Positions 30,281 to 44,050 of a DNA stretch of 64,000 nucleotides are shown here, piece by piece. The notes under the pieces are model-generated. The model saw only the letters and a list, made by a program, of their open reading frames with translations, searched no databases and was not told the origin of the DNA. How positions within the stretch are numbered: the first letter of the stretch is position 1; each line of letters begins with the position of its first letter. The translations under genes were made by a program, and so were the position numbers. Where the stretch lies: NCBI GenBank assembly GCA_964016885.1, contig OZ024746.1:74896001-74960000 (forward strand), read 5' to 3'. The stretch comes from Eledone cirrhosa. Its lineage: Eukaryota.

Positions 30281-33200
30281 CAATTCTGTATAGAAATAAT
30301 AGCAGCCAAATCACTCAAAATCTATCCTACTGTACTGTCTTTTAACCTATATCAGTGGAGACTTCTACCATTCTTGGTCCCCATATCATCTCCCTAGTCA
30401 CTGCCATCAGAACAGAATTGGTCGCCAAAGGAGTGAGCAATTCTGCTCTGTGCCCCACGTGTTGGAATGGCTACTTCAATGCATTTCCTTCGCTGTCCTC
30501 TGGGGTACTGCTTTCTCTATTCTGTCTGCAGGGACCACAAGGCTGCTTGCACCTTGGATTTTGCATGCAAGAGAGCGTTCACCCACACTGTTCAAAAGAC
30601 ACACTGGGTGGTGATGACTGGAACACTCCCTATTTCTTCCTCTAGTATATATACAACAACATATATTTTCTGTACCTATCCTTCTACCTTGTTAACAGAC
30701 AGAAAGACAGACATTGTTGTTACTATGAATACTGTTTTGGTGATGCCATCTCTCTTTCTGGGATACTATTAATTACTTATATGGATGAAGGTAGTGAGTA
30801 GTGTGCCTGGTGTAGGATGGTGGTGGAGGGCAGAGGATGATGGCTTATAGTGGTAGGAGAAGGATCCGTGGATGATGGTGGTGGAAGAGAGCTGGGTTGG
30901 TGAGTGATGGTGGTGGAGGTAAGTGTGGAGGGTGATGATAGTTGAAGGAAGGGTGGAGGGGTAGTGATGGCGGAGGAGGTTATAAGGATGATGGTAGGCG
31001 ATGATGGTTTATCAACAGTCATGATAGATAAAATAAATGTTCTCTAAGTGGAATGTTTGTTATCTAAACTGCCACCACATAACCCCACATAGCCACCAGG
31101 AGCCAATAAAGTAGCTCCTACATGATCAGTCGACTTGCTAGAAATAGCATCCACATCTCTCCCAAATAACACCCCCAATACACTGGAAAAAGTAGTTCTG
31201 GGTTCATACCTACATTTTAAATAAATTGAATAAGGACAGTTGGGGTTTATTTGACCATAGATTTTCATAACCAGGTCTGGTCTGGGGGAAACCATCATGA
31301 AGAATAGCAACACAGCCACCTCATATTGCCTACATAGACACACCACACCCTCCACCATATCTCCAACATAGCTTTATAGTAGCTTAATAGGTAAACTTTG
31401 ATGATAACCGTAAGCATTTTTATAGAGAAAAACATCCAAATATTTCTTTATGAAATAGTTTTTAAAATTTAGTCTGTTCCAACCAATTAGTCATCACTTA
31501 GAGATAACAGCTATCTATGACATTGAACACTTTACTCATCTTCTTCTATTTATCTAACACATATTTTACTTTACATCCCTATCCAACCCTCACTCCTCCT
31601 TCATTTTTTTTTGTATTTTATGTATTTTATTTTATTATTATTATTTTTTTTTACTATTACTCTAATCTCATTGTTGGCAGTCTGTTCAAGATAATGTTTA
31701 ACTGGATATTTGCCAATTTATAGACATAGCCAACCCATTCTGGAATGGGTGGGTGGGTGGGGGGTGCTTATGAATAATAAATTTTGATGACAACAATGAT
31801 GGTGGGGGTGATGACGATAATGATGATGACAGTGATGATGATGGTGATGATGATGATGGTGGTAGTGGTGGCAGCAGTAGTGGTGTTTTATTTGTTTGCC
31901 TACTACATAGTCATAGAAGTGGAATAGAGCTCATAGCAGTTGATGTTCATCAAACTGGACCTCTGTAAGTTGATGTGGTTTAGCCCCAGGTTAGCCTGAT
32001 CAAGCAGATCTATGATCAAAGATATTCTAGCAATGACGTCCTGTCATATTCCTATGTAGAGGGAACCAAAGATTACATTATCCACAGTGTCTTGTATAAG
32101 ACAGAAGAGTGTGATTTGAAGGAGATTTGGCTACTATTTCTAGTAAGCCACTTGACCATGTCGGGGTTCCATCATTGGCCCAGTTTGATACGAGCAACAA
32201 AATGTTGGCTAGAAGGGAATTCCAGAGGGATTGCAGTTCTGAGAAGAGAGGATTAGGTTTATTGCTTAATATAAAGTTTGGTAGAAGATGAGAGAAGAAA
32301 TTAGTATATCAAGTGGATTTAGGTAAGGTAGTTGGGAGCACCACATATGTTTTAGTACTGGCAATAAATACCACAAGGTATTTTGTTCTATTGTTGATTT
32401 GATATTTGGTTTCTATGCAAAGTCATCAAAAAGTAATAGGCATAGAATTTATTTGTAAACCCCCATTTAGTTATTATTTATCAACTCTGTAATATACAGT
32501 GTTGCTCCCTCCCTCCTTTTTTTTAAGACAAAAGGTTGAGACTAAGATTTGGCTGCTAATCTTAGCAATTCAAGCAACCATGTTTATGATAGGCAACAAA
32601 TGTTGTTTATTAAACTAAAGAGAGATATAATAAAAACTGTACAATATAAATGGAAATAAGGAAAAGAAATAAAAAAGAAATTCAGCAATGAAAGGAAGGG
32701 TAAAGCGGAGGGAGTGACAAACTCTACACCCAAGTCTGAGCAGTATGTTTCAGCTGTACCCTGTGGACAAAGTATTGAATGCATTATCCCAGAGAATAGA
32801 CAGCAACACCCACCCCACATCCACCTCAACTCACAGGGCTCCTTTCTCAGTTGTGCTGCTATCTTTCTGATTTTACGGAGGAAAACAGCAATTTGGGGAT
32901 CTAGGACATCTGAGGTCTTGACGGCAACCAGCATGAAAAGGAAGCAATCGGTCAAACCCCAGTATTTGGTTATCTTCTTCTCCTTTATATAGTAGGCAGT
33001 GGTACTCAGTTTTGTAGTTGAAGCAACAAGGTTTGAGGTGGAGAATGAGTCACAGCACTTAGCATTCTAGATTAAGGATTTACCTCCCTTGAATGGATAG
33101 ATAGTTATCCCATCTAGCCATTTACTATAACTACAGTGAAGGTCAGTTGGCTCCAATCATGATAAGAAGCCAGCTATGTCGAGGCTGCTCTGATTATGTC

Positions 33201-33805
33201 ATTCAGAGCAGCATGTCAAGAGAACTCACCTATGCTATGATGGCAAGATAGCAGATGCAGACCGAACTTATCAACAATGGCTCTACAACAACATTTGTTA
33301 CACATGCAGAGGCTGAGGCACTGGGCCACTCCGAAGCAGCTGCAATCTTCATCAAGAAGGTTCTCTGTTGATGAGGATGGCACAGAATTGAGCTAGACCC
33401 TGTTGTTTGGCCCTGTGGAAAAACAGACACAGACGTGACAGTGTTGGTTTAAGGATGACTTGGTCCACTTGAAGATTGACTCACACTTAGTTGTTTTGAA
33501 AATCAGCATACTGGGAGATGATGAGGTCTTTGTCCATTCCATCCATGTAATTTGAGGGAGATTTTGCTGCTATTTCATGCAATTCATGTGTTTAAAATGC
33601 TGTACACATGTGGTGGGGTCTAGTGCTTTTTTCTGACATCTCTTTTAGCAGATGGACTTTCATACATCTGCTACCACCATCATTATCACCACCACCACCA
33701 CCACCACTCTTATCACCCCTACCAACATCACCACCACTATCATCTCAATCCATCCCCAGTCCCAACACTGTAACTGCCACAATCACCACCATCGAAATCT
33801 GACAT

Positions 33806-33987
33806 TGTATGTGTGGAAGGAAGACACAGTTGAGGAAGACCACGGAAATCATGGGCAGAGGTGGTGAGAGCTGATCTCAGATCGCTGAAACTCACAGAGA
33901 GATGCTCATGGAGAGATGCTCTGCTGAAAAAGGACCCATCCCGCCTTTGCAAGCAAGGAAAAGCGGACATAAAGTGATGATGATGAT
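33806..33987 (+). mobile_element. RTE LINE 3' fragment
   Basis: Nucleotide homology to 43785-43960 including the ttgcaagc...gcggac(g/a)taaa-(ATG)n tail. Confidence 0.8.
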
Positions 33988-34181
33988 ATATATAATATAG
34001 TATCATACGCTTAACATGTATGTGCGCCCATTGGTTTCAGGGTCCAGTTATGGCCACCACTGTATAGTGGAGGGGTCTCTTCCAATATATTCTATTCTAG
34101 GGTGTGTAAAATTCCCAAGATCAATGGACGAGTTCTCTCCAGCAGTCTCTGCCCCTCATTATCGCTGCCATGTCCTGCGTC

Positions 34182-34248
<67 letters not shown>

Positions 34249-34335
34249 AAAGTTCTATTTAAATTGTTGGAATACAACAAGCAAATATTTTTATAACTGA
34301 TATAAAGCACTCAACAAGTATTTGGAGTAAACATA

Positions 34336-34518
34336 CAATATTAACAAATGGAAACTATATTTATAAAACCATATTTATTTCATTATACATATTTCAAGGA
34401 CACCAAGTTAAATTATGGTGTGCTTTCATCAGACAAAATATAATATAGATCAGTTTTATAAATAAATATTGACATACCCTTAAAAAATGCAACCATTACT
34501 GTTGGAAGCTCCCGGATA

Positions 34519-34520
<2 letters not shown>
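34336..34520 (-). mobile_element. H1 element copy 3
   Basis: Near-identical to 20119-20303; abuts (TA)n. Confidence 0.7.
34376..34440 (-). ncRNA. Type I hammerhead ribozyme (family H1, copy 3)
   Basis: Minus strand: tattttgt-CTGATGA-aagcacacca(taatttaact)tggtgtcctt-GAAA-tatgta-TA-atgaaata. Intact core; two compensatory stem II changes relative to copy 1. Confidence 0.85.
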
Positions 34521-34557
<37 letters not shown>

Positions 34558-34560
<3 letters not shown>

Positions 34561-34674
34561 TATCTTCTGACAAAGAACTAGTGTCCAAAGCATAAAGACT
34601 TTTCCTACTATATCAAGTGTTAAACTAATATCATTGTACTGTGTTTTTTTACTTTCATGTTTCTGTTTACTTTT

Positions 34675-34680
<6 letters not shown>
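34558..34680 (+). mobile_element. TA-embedded PLE-like relic with decayed minimal hammerhead; distant homolog at 2590-2702 (-)
   Basis: tctt-CTGACAA-agaactagtgtcc-AAAG-ca-TA-aaga...tatcaagtgttaaactaata...ttgtac compared with the 2.6-kb minus-strand ctc-CTGAAGA-ggggcttaaaacc-GACA-catg...tataaagcgtgaaactaata...ttgtac. Confidence 0.4.
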
Positions 34681-34724
<44 letters not shown>

Positions 34725-34770
<46 letters not shown>

Positions 34771-35012
34771 CGTTTAACGTCCACTTTCCACACTTGCATG
34801 GGTTAGACGGGAGTTGTCCCACTTGAGGCAAGGTTGGTCGCGTGACCGTGTCTCGCTCATATAGGACTGTCTGGCAGGTTTTCTATGGCTGGATGCCCTT
34901 CCTAACACCAACCACATTTACAGTGTGGAACTGGGAGGTTTTTACCGTGTTACCTACACGGCCACATTACAGCGTGGACTGTGTGTTTTTTTTCTCGTGA
35001 CACCTACATGAT
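34725..35012 (-). mobile_element. SINE B-related 3' fragment (tail type 3); sisters at 51275-51532 (+) and 52320-52572 (-)
   Basis: Shared ggctggatgcccttcctaacaccaaccacatttacagtgtgg and tail acccatgcaag.gtgga...ggacgttaaacga(GAT)n. Confidence 0.8.
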
Positions 35013-35075
35013 CTCGATCTCGATCTCATTTATCTCATTTATTTGGAGTGGATGTATATATATTTATATATTTAT

Positions 35076-35117
<42 letters not shown>

Positions 35118-35177
35118 ACAAATTTTAGTACAGCATTAATGAAGCTTTAGTTCACGGCCAAGCTAACGAATGCAAAT

Positions 35178-35231
<54 letters not shown>

Positions 35232-35390
35232 GTAGTTCAACAAAAAGTGATTGATAAAGTAAGTACCAGATTTGAAAAACATTTGAGTTCATATTGTCAA
35301 CTAAATGGTTCTAGGCAATGCCCCAGCATGACCACAGTCTAATTATTGAAACAAGTAAAAGAATATTTATGTTAAATTTGACATGCCTGT

Positions 35391-35427
<37 letters not shown>

Positions 35428-35589
35428 CTCCATCTCATGCATTACACCAATAATTCACCATATTATCTCACCCCCTCTTATAAACTCTCCTCCCTATTCC
35501 TCCCTCCACATTATCCCCTTATCTCATGAGTGACCTCTTACCTACATTTGCTTACTCCTGCTTTCTGCTCAGCTTAGTATACTCTTTAG

Positions 35590-35597
35590 TCGCTCTC

Positions 35598-35648
<51 letters not shown>

Positions 35649-36500
35649 CTTTTTAGCCTCACTCTCTTTTTTACACTGTTTCTCTCTCTTTCCACCCCTC
35701 TATCTTCTCCCCCTCTCTCTCTCTCTCTATCTCTCTTTCCACCCTCTGTCTTCTCCCCCCCTTTCTACTTCTCTTTCCGTCCCTCTGTCTTCTCCCCCCT
35801 CCCTCTATCTATCTCTCTTTCCATCCCTCTGTCTTCTCCCCCCTCTCTCTATCTCTCTTTCCGTCCCTCTGTCTTCTCCCCCCTCTTTCTATCTCTCTTT
35901 CCACCCCTTTGTCTTCCCCCTTCTCTTTTCCCACCCCTCTATCTTCTCCCCCCACTCTCTCTATGTCTCTTTCTGCCTCTCTGTCTTCTCCCCCTCTCTC
36001 TCTATCTCTCTTTCTGCCCCTCTCTCTGTATCTCTCTTTCTGCCTCTCTGTCTTCTCCCCCCTCTCTCTCTATCTCTCTTTCTGCCCCTCTGTCTTCTTC
36101 TCCTCTCTTTCTATCTCTCTTTCTGCCCCTCTGTCTTCTCCCCTTCTCTCTCTATCTCTCTTTCCACCTCGCTGTCTTCATCCCCCTCATTCTCTCTCTC
36201 TTTCCATCCCTCTGTCTTCTCTTCCTCTCTTTCTATCTCTCTTTCCACCCCCCCCTGTCTTCTCCCCCTCTCTTTCTATCTCTCTTTCCACCCCCTGTCT
36301 TCTCCCCCTCTCTTTCTATCTCTCTTTCCACCCCCTGTCTTCTCCCCCTCTCTCTCTCTATCTCTCTTTCCCTTTCCCTTTGTCTTCTCCCCCCACTCTC
36401 TCTGTCTCTCTTTCCCTCTCCCTCTGTCTTCTCCCCCACTCTCTCTATCTCTCTTTCCCTCTCCTTCTGTCTTCTCCCCCCTCTCTCTCTATCTCTCCAC
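35590..36500. repeat. Polypyrimidine minisatellite (unit of about 36-40 bp, ctctgtcttctccccc...ctatctctctttcc)
   Basis: Direct inspection. Confidence 0.92.
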
Positions 36501-36689
36501 CCATGCTATATCCATCCTGTTATTTCAATTATTATTATCATTGGAGACCCACAGATATATCTTCATTTGTTATAGTAAGAGAAGCTAGAATATTTACACT
36601 CTTCTGCTGCTAAATCTATAAATCTTAACCAATTCCTGTCTTTAAGTCTTACCATCTTATAACTAGCTTTTAGCTTAGTGTTAGCTGTG

Positions 36690-36732
<43 letters not shown>

Positions 36733-36964
36733 GCTGTTCTATGTCTTCTTATTTTTTTTATTTATGATGTGATAAATAGGTGGACATAGTAAATGTAGTT
36801 TTAAGTACACCTTGTAGAAATCTGGGGGGAATAAAAATATGCTTGCGGAGGTTTTGGGGGTGGAGTTTGATGGGGGTATAGATGGTGGTGTGGGTGTGTA
36901 ACTATATGGAGGAAGACAAATAAGATTTGATAAACAGCTCATCACCTCCAATTAGATTAAATAT

Positions 36965-37003
36965 AATGATTATAATGATGATTACCACAACAACAACAAT
37001 GAC

Positions 37004-37049
<46 letters not shown>

Positions 37050-37495
37050 ATAACGATGATGGTGGTGGTGGTGATAATGATGATGATGATGATGATGATG
37101 GTGATGGTGGTGGTGGTGGTGGCGGTGGTGATAACGATGATGGTAGGGGTGGTGGTGGTGATAATGATGATGATGATGGTGGTGGTGTTTGATAATGATG
37201 ATGATGATGGTGGTGGTTGTGGTGGTGATAATGGTGGTGGTGGTGGTGGTGCTGATGATGATGGTGGTGGTGGTGGTGGTGCTGATGATGATGGTGGTGG
37301 TGGTGGTGGTGGTGGTGGTGGTGATGGTGGTGGTGGTGGTGGTGGTGGTGGTGGTGGTGATGGTGGTGGTGGTGGTGGTGGTGATGGTGGTGGTGGTGGT
37401 GGTGGTGGTGGTGGTGGTGGTGGTGGTGGTGGTGGTGATGGTGGTGGTGGTGGTGGTGGTGGTGGTGGTGGTGGTGGTGATAACAATGATGATGA
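36965..37495. repeat. Compound (GAT/GGT)n
   Basis: Direct inspection. Confidence 0.95.
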
Positions 37496-37524
37496 GCACC
37501 TTAAAATTATTGTATTAATAATAA

Positions 37525-38325
37525 CTGTTTCTATTTTTGGCACAAGGCCAGCAATTATCCCAGTGTATTACTGGTACTTTATTTTATCGACCCCGTAAGG
37601 ATGAAAGGCAAAGTTAACCTCGGCGGGATTTGAACTCAGAATGGAAAGGGCCGTAACTCTATGCGTCAAAGCATGGCGTCCGACCCTTTACCGATACATA
37701 GACACAAGGCCAGTAATTTGGTGGGAGGGGGGAGTCGATTAAATCGACCCCAGTATGTTACTGGTACTTTATTTTATCGATCCTGTAAGGATGAAAGGCA
37801 AGGTGAACCTTGGTGTAGTTTGAACTCAGATCGTAAGGGGTCATAACTCTATGCTACAAAGCCTGGCATCTGACGCTCTACAGATACTGCCAATCCACTG
37901 CCTTTAATATTAATAACTGTTTCTACTTTTGGCACAAGGCCAGCAATTATCCCAGTGTATTACTGGTACTTTATTTTATCGACCCCGTAAGGATGAAAGG
38001 CAAAGTTAACCTCGGCGGGATTTGAACTCAGAATGGCAAGGGCCGTAACTCTATGCGTCAAAGCATGGCATCCGACCCTCTACCGATACTGCCAATCCCA
38101 CCTTTAATATTAATAATGGTTTCTTATATAGGCACAAGGCCAGCAATTATGGGGGAGGGGAAAGTCGGTATATCGACCCCAGTGCGTGACTGGTACTTTA
38201 TTTTATCGACCTCCGTAAGGATGAAAGGCAAAGTTAACCTCGGCTGGATTTGAACTCAGATCATAAAGGGGAGTAACTCTATGCTGCAAAGCATGGCGTC
38301 CGACTCTCTACCGATACTGCCAGCC
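37525..38325 (-). mobile_element. Four head-to-tail SINE A copies
   Basis: Units at about 37525-37697, 37700-37902, 37916-38102 and 38117-38325, alternating short and long subtypes. Confidence 0.9.
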
Positions 38326-38362
38326 TTTAATATTAATTAGAATGCATGAATATCACCTGTAC

Positions 38363-38417
<55 letters not shown>

Positions 38418-38945
38418 TCATTTTAATGAGTTTGGATGTATTTCAGCGAAATCTCAACATGTGCGAATGATATATAATTATTATTTAATAAGGATTTCTT
38501 TAATAATGATAACAGTAACAATAAAATGGAAATAATTACAGTAATAAATAATTATAATTAATAATAATAATTAAAAGTAATCTTGACAGTAATAATTTTT
38601 CTTCCCTATTAAAATAATCACATTATTATAAATGTTTTATTAAATGTTATATATGGATGTGGGTTGAAAAACACATACACCAACACAGCTACATATATAT
38701 GTATGTATATATAGAGAGAGAGAGAGAGCAATGGAGTGTATGTATCATATATCGGACTAGATGTATGTGTGTGTGTGATTATATGTGCGTGATTGAGTAT
38801 GTACTTGTGTGAGGGTGTGCACACACACACACACACACCAGCAAATAGATTTAATTCCTGTTTATTCATATGCACACACACACATATACGCAATCATATA
38901 TATATATACACATAGGCATATCTCTCTTTCTCTCTAAATATATAT

Positions 38946-38995
<50 letters not shown>

Positions 38996-39350
38996 TTTAC
39001 GTCCGATTTTCCCAGCTTGCAAGGGTGGGACGGGTCTTATATGTATATATATATATATATAAATATATATATATAGATATGTATGTATATGTGTATGTGT
39101 ATCTATATGTATATGTGTGTGTGTGTATACCTAGATATATATATATATATGCACACCCACAAATACACACACACATTCCTACAAATACTCACATGCACAT
39201 GCTTGAGCTCACAGACACACAGACATAAACTGTGCTATATTGCTGATATCTTACTTATTTGCTACTTTATGATTTTGACTTTTCCACAATAAATATTGCA
39301 ATCCCATAGCTTACTTGTTTATCCCATATTTATCTACTGGAAATATTGTC

Positions 39351-39436
<86 letters not shown>

Positions 39437-39467
39437 TTTATATATATATATATATATAAATATATGT

Positions 39468-39559
39468 GACAAGTGGAGAGATGCTGTGGTGAATAAGACC
39501 TGTCTCACCCTTGCAAGCAGGGAAAAGCGGACGTAAAATGATGTAAAAATGATGATGAT
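39468..39559 (+). mobile_element. RTE LINE 3' tail
   Basis: gtggagagatgctgtg...aataagacc...cccttgcaagcagggaaaagcggacgtaaaatgatg. Confidence 0.8.
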
Positions 39560-39578
39560 ATAGATATGCATATATATA

Positions 39579-39667
<89 letters not shown>

Positions 39668-40244
39668 TCATTTATCCTCTATTTTCCTTGATAGCAAGCC
39701 CACATACACACATATATATATCTTAAAAACATTCCCCGGATTTTCTTATTTATCACAATAAACAGCATATCAATTATTTCTGCTGTTTTATGACCAAAAG
39801 GTATTCACACCTCCCCACCCATACCATTACCTGACTCAGTTATCAGGTAGTCTTGGGAAATTTGATAATTGAAGTTATGTTTTATGATCACAAAACCTGC
39901 ATGCTATGCACCGCTATCATCTATCAGGTGTCCCCTTTGTTTGGGGCCTCATCATCTTAAACTATGATAGATGGTGTCTTTATTTTCTATGCATTTTATG
40001 CATATATATTTTTATATTCTCCCTCCTCCCCCACCCTTCCCACTCTCTGTTAAAGTCATCATTTCTTCTTTATCTCCCTTTATTTAGCTTTTCTCCATAT
40101 GTAGTGTTAATGTAATGTTAAATGTGTTTCCAATGCATCTTTCCAATACATTAACACTTACTTGCCCACCAAACCAACCACACTTCATCCCATGATTACA
40201 ACCATCGTTTCTAATCATCATTTTTAGAAAGCTATCTAATAATA

Positions 40245-40494
40245 ATGGTTTCTTATATAGGCACAAGGCCAGCAATTTGGGGGGGGGGGGGAGGAGAAAG
40301 TCGATTATATCGACCTCAGTGCATTACTGGTGCTTTATTTTATCGACCCCGTAAGGATGAAAGGCAAAGTTAACCTCGGTGGGATTTAAATTCTGCCGAG
40401 GTTAACTTTGCCCTTTATCCTTATGAGGTCAATAAAATAAAGCACCAGTAAATGCACTGGAATAATTGCTAGCCTTGTGCCAAAAGTAGAAACA

Positions 40495-40495
<1 letters not shown>
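40245..40495. mobile_element. Head-to-head fused SINE A pair
   Basis: Junction ctcggtgggatttaaattctgccgagg. Confidence 0.85.
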
Positions 40496-40532
<37 letters not shown>

Positions 40533-40535
<3 letters not shown>

Positions 40536-41282
40536 AGTTGCATTTATCTTGCTTTATGTTCATACGAGTTATCACCAAGTCACAACCAGTGACCTCAATG
40601 TTCAAGAAAGAACATACATACACACACATGCATCTTTAGGTGTTTAGACTTACTTGTGTTTAGACAGAATCTTCCTTAGTATATGGCAGAATCTTCCTTA
40701 GTATATGGGTAGTTCCCATTAGTACTATCTTTTGAATTTCTTCTATACACGGGTTTCCTGGGATTTGGGATAAGTAATCATTAGACCCCTTACGTATCTT
40801 TCCTAGAGCGCCCACAACCACTGGTATTGTTTTAGTTCTCAACTTCCACATTTTTCCAATTTCTATCTCAATTTTTCAAATGTTTTTATAGATACATTCT
40901 TCTCTATTGGAACGGACATATCAATTAGCAGGCATACCCTCTTTTTAAAGTCCTCCAGTATTATATCAGGTCTATTTGCATCTATTTTTCGGTCTGTTTG
41001 GCTGCTAAAGTTCCACAAGATTGAGATGTGACTTTTTTCAAGTATGGGAGGTGGTTGATGCTCCCACCAATTCTTTTGATGGGGCAGGTCAAAAAGCTTA
41101 CACATTATCCAATGTATGTATTGTGCAGCTCTGTCGTGCCTGTTTAGGTATTCGATTGGAGCTATAGGATTGCACATTGAAATTATATGGTCAATGGTCT
41201 CTGGTTGTTTTTTTACATACACGGCATAATGGGTTGCATCCATTTTTTATTATGTTGGCAGACACTGATCTTGTGCTGATCC
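40533..41282 (-). mobile_element. R4/Dong-clade non-LTR retrotransposon 3' fragment (zinc knuckle plus restriction-like endonuclease), disrupted
   Basis: ETIDHIISMC...YLNRHD...NRPDII...LIDMSVP...EK / MWK...IPVVVGALG...IQKIVLMGTTHILRK split across two frames. The 3' UTR runs into (TAA)n at 40494-40532, the known Dong target. Confidence 0.88.
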
Positions 41283-41467
41283 ACCTCAGTGCATTACTAG
41301 TGGTTTATTTTATCGACCCCGTAAGGATGAAAGGCAAAGTTAACCTCGGTGGGATTTAAATTCTGCCGAGGTTTACTTTGCCCTTCATCCTTACAAGGTC
41401 GATAAAATAAAGTACCAGTAATGCACTGGGATAATTGTTGGCCTTGTGCCAAAAGTAGAAACAATTA

Positions 41468-41508
<41 letters not shown>

Positions 41509-41562
41509 AGTACCAGTAATGTACTGGGTATTTGCTGGCCTTGTGCCAATAGTAGAAACAAT
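41283..41562. mobile_element. Second copy of the fused SINE A pair plus an extra 3' fragment
   Basis: Same junction sequence as at 40376-40401. Confidence 0.85.
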
Positions 41563-42743
41563 TAATATTATTATTACTAGATAGCTTTCTTGGAAATACT
41601 TTATTTGCTGGAGAGAGTAAATTGAAATTATATATATGCATAGTTATTAAAGAAAATGAGTAAATGTAAAACTATATATTTATATGTGTGTGTTTGCATG
41701 TGTGTGTCTCTCTGTGTGTGTATGTGTATGTGTGTGTGTGTGTGTCCTCTAAATTCAAATCCTACTTGGGTCAACTTTGCCTTTCATCCTCCAGGGTTGA
41801 TAAATAAGTCAAAGTTCAGCAGCTGTGGATTGGCAGTATTTTTAAAGGACTGGATGGGATGGATGCATTGCTGCATCTGTTCAATAACTGCACATATTGA
41901 GATCAAATCCAGCCTCTTGTCATCTGAAAAGTGGTGAGGTTCTTGATAGATGCTGCAACAGAGAAATAGTCTCAGCAATGGAAACTTTCTTTCTTCAGTA
42001 ACAATGGGCTTCTTTCTTTTTCTATTCATTCATTTGAATGATAAGCTGTGTTATTATTTCTATTTTTTTTTTTTTCTGTTTCTACTTATTTCTTATTTAT
42101 GATGTGATAAATAGGTGGGCATAGTAAATGTAGTTTTAAGTACACCTTGTAGAAATCTGGCAGGATAAATATATGCAGAGTTTATATTTATTTATAGGGA
42201 ATCAGTTGGTGACTCATAGCATGGTTACTCAGAGTATACATCAGGGCCATATTAAGTCCTTTTGATATCCTAAGCACTTAAAAAATGTTGTTGTGCTACC
42301 CCAATATATAAAGCCTACAAAAAAAATTCATATAAAGTTTTTCTCATTATTAAACTAGTGTTTGGAACATAACTTTATAAAGGTTCTTACATAAATTATG
42401 TAGGAAGATTTTATTTTAAATATAGACAGTAAAATGTGAGTTTTGATATCATAGAATCATGGGCAGTCCTGGGTAGTTTGTTATTGAAAGAGTTAAATCA
42501 ATAAACTCTTAACGTCCTGAACCACATAAAACTACATGAGCAAAATATTCTTGAAAAGTATAAAGCAGCACTATGACTGCCTCACATTGAAAATTGAAGT
42601 CTTTATTGTATTATTACAAATATACTAGTAAATATACTCTAAGCATTTGAATTAACAAACTACATAAAACTGCATTGACATGATCCTTTTGAAAAGTATA
42701 AATCAGCACTTTGATGGCATGACATTATTTTTACTGTAATAAC

Positions 42744-42900
42744 TCGGACGCCATGCTTTGACGCATAGAGTTACGGCCCTTGCCATTCTGAGTTCAAATC
42801 CCGCCGAGGTTAACTTTGCCTTTCATCCTTACGGGGTCGATAAAATAAAGTACCAGTAATACACTGGGAAATTGCTGGCCTTGTGCCAAAAGTAGAAACA
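42744..42900 (+). mobile_element. SINE A, 5'-truncated
   Basis: 18-bp TSD attatttttactgtaata (42724-41 and 42901-18). Confidence 0.9.
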
Positions 42901-43285
42901 ATTATTTTTACTGTAATACTGCATATGTTCACAATGATCTGTTACAAGTAAAGGCACTATAAACATTTAAATTACCAAACACCTTTTTAGATAGTTTTTG
43001 CTGAATCATTACAGGATGAAGAAAGTGGGTAGGCCTTGGGTTTCAGTGTCTGGAAACTATCCAGATGAAACCTCTTCAAATGAGAGAAATTAGATATGTA
43101 TGCATGTATGTATATATGTATGCGTATTTATGCAGAGATGTGTGTGTGTGTGTGTGTATATCTGTGTGTTTATACATGAATGCATGTGTGTATGTATATA
43201 TATATATGTGTGTGTTTGTATATGTGCGTACATTTATGTGTGTGTGTATATATACATATATACATACACACACACATATATACAT

Positions 43286-43326
<41 letters not shown>

Positions 43327-43530
43327 TATACATATATAGGCACATATATATATATATATCAGATAGGGTGTGGTAAAATACCAGGTGGACCAAAACCCAC
43401 CAGCGTACTCAATACTTGGGGTAGTAGAGTGGGTAATATGAAAAGATTCAACCCCGATGGCCGTTTTGACAGCTGTCGAACGGCCCGAGCTCAGCCGTCG
43501 GGATCCTGGATTTATATATATATATATGTA

Positions 43531-43948
43531 TACGATGCTGCATGGTAGTGAGACATGGGCAGCAACTGCAGAGGATATGCGATGGCTGGAGAGAAATGAG
43601 GCAAGCATGCTCCGTTGGATGTGCAGTGTAAATGTGCGTGAACGACCCAGCATAAATGTGTTGAGAGAGAAACTGTGTCTGAGAGGGATAGAATGTAGTG
43701 TACGGGAGAGGAGACTGGGGTGGTATGGACATGTGATGCACATGGAGGATGACCGATGGGTAAAGAAGTGCCAGGAAATGCCAGTTGAAGGAGGACGTGG
43801 TAGAGATAGACCACGAAAAACATGGGCGGAGGTGGTGAGAACAGACCTCAGATCATTGAAGCTCACGGTGGAGATGACGAAGGACCGTGATGAGTGGAGA
43901 GATGCTGTGCTGAATAAGACCCGTCCCACCCTTGCAAGCGGACGTAAA

Positions 43949-43993
<45 letters not shown>
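43531..43993 (+). mobile_element. 5'-truncated RTE-clade LINE (RT C-terminus plus tail)
   Basis: MLHGSETW...MLRWM...RRLGWYGHVMHM...GRGRDRPRKTW...DRDEWR, followed by an (ATG)n tail; inserted in TA. Confidence 0.92.
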
Positions 43994-43995
<2 letters not shown>

Positions 43996-44050
43996 ATATG
44001 ATGGCTGCAAACTCTGCTAAGAGTATTGCAATCGCTTGTCAGATTCAGAT

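Noticed and set aside
35526-37598. Leu/Ser/Pro-rich and poly-G/P ORFs
   Set aside because: Low-complexity repeats.
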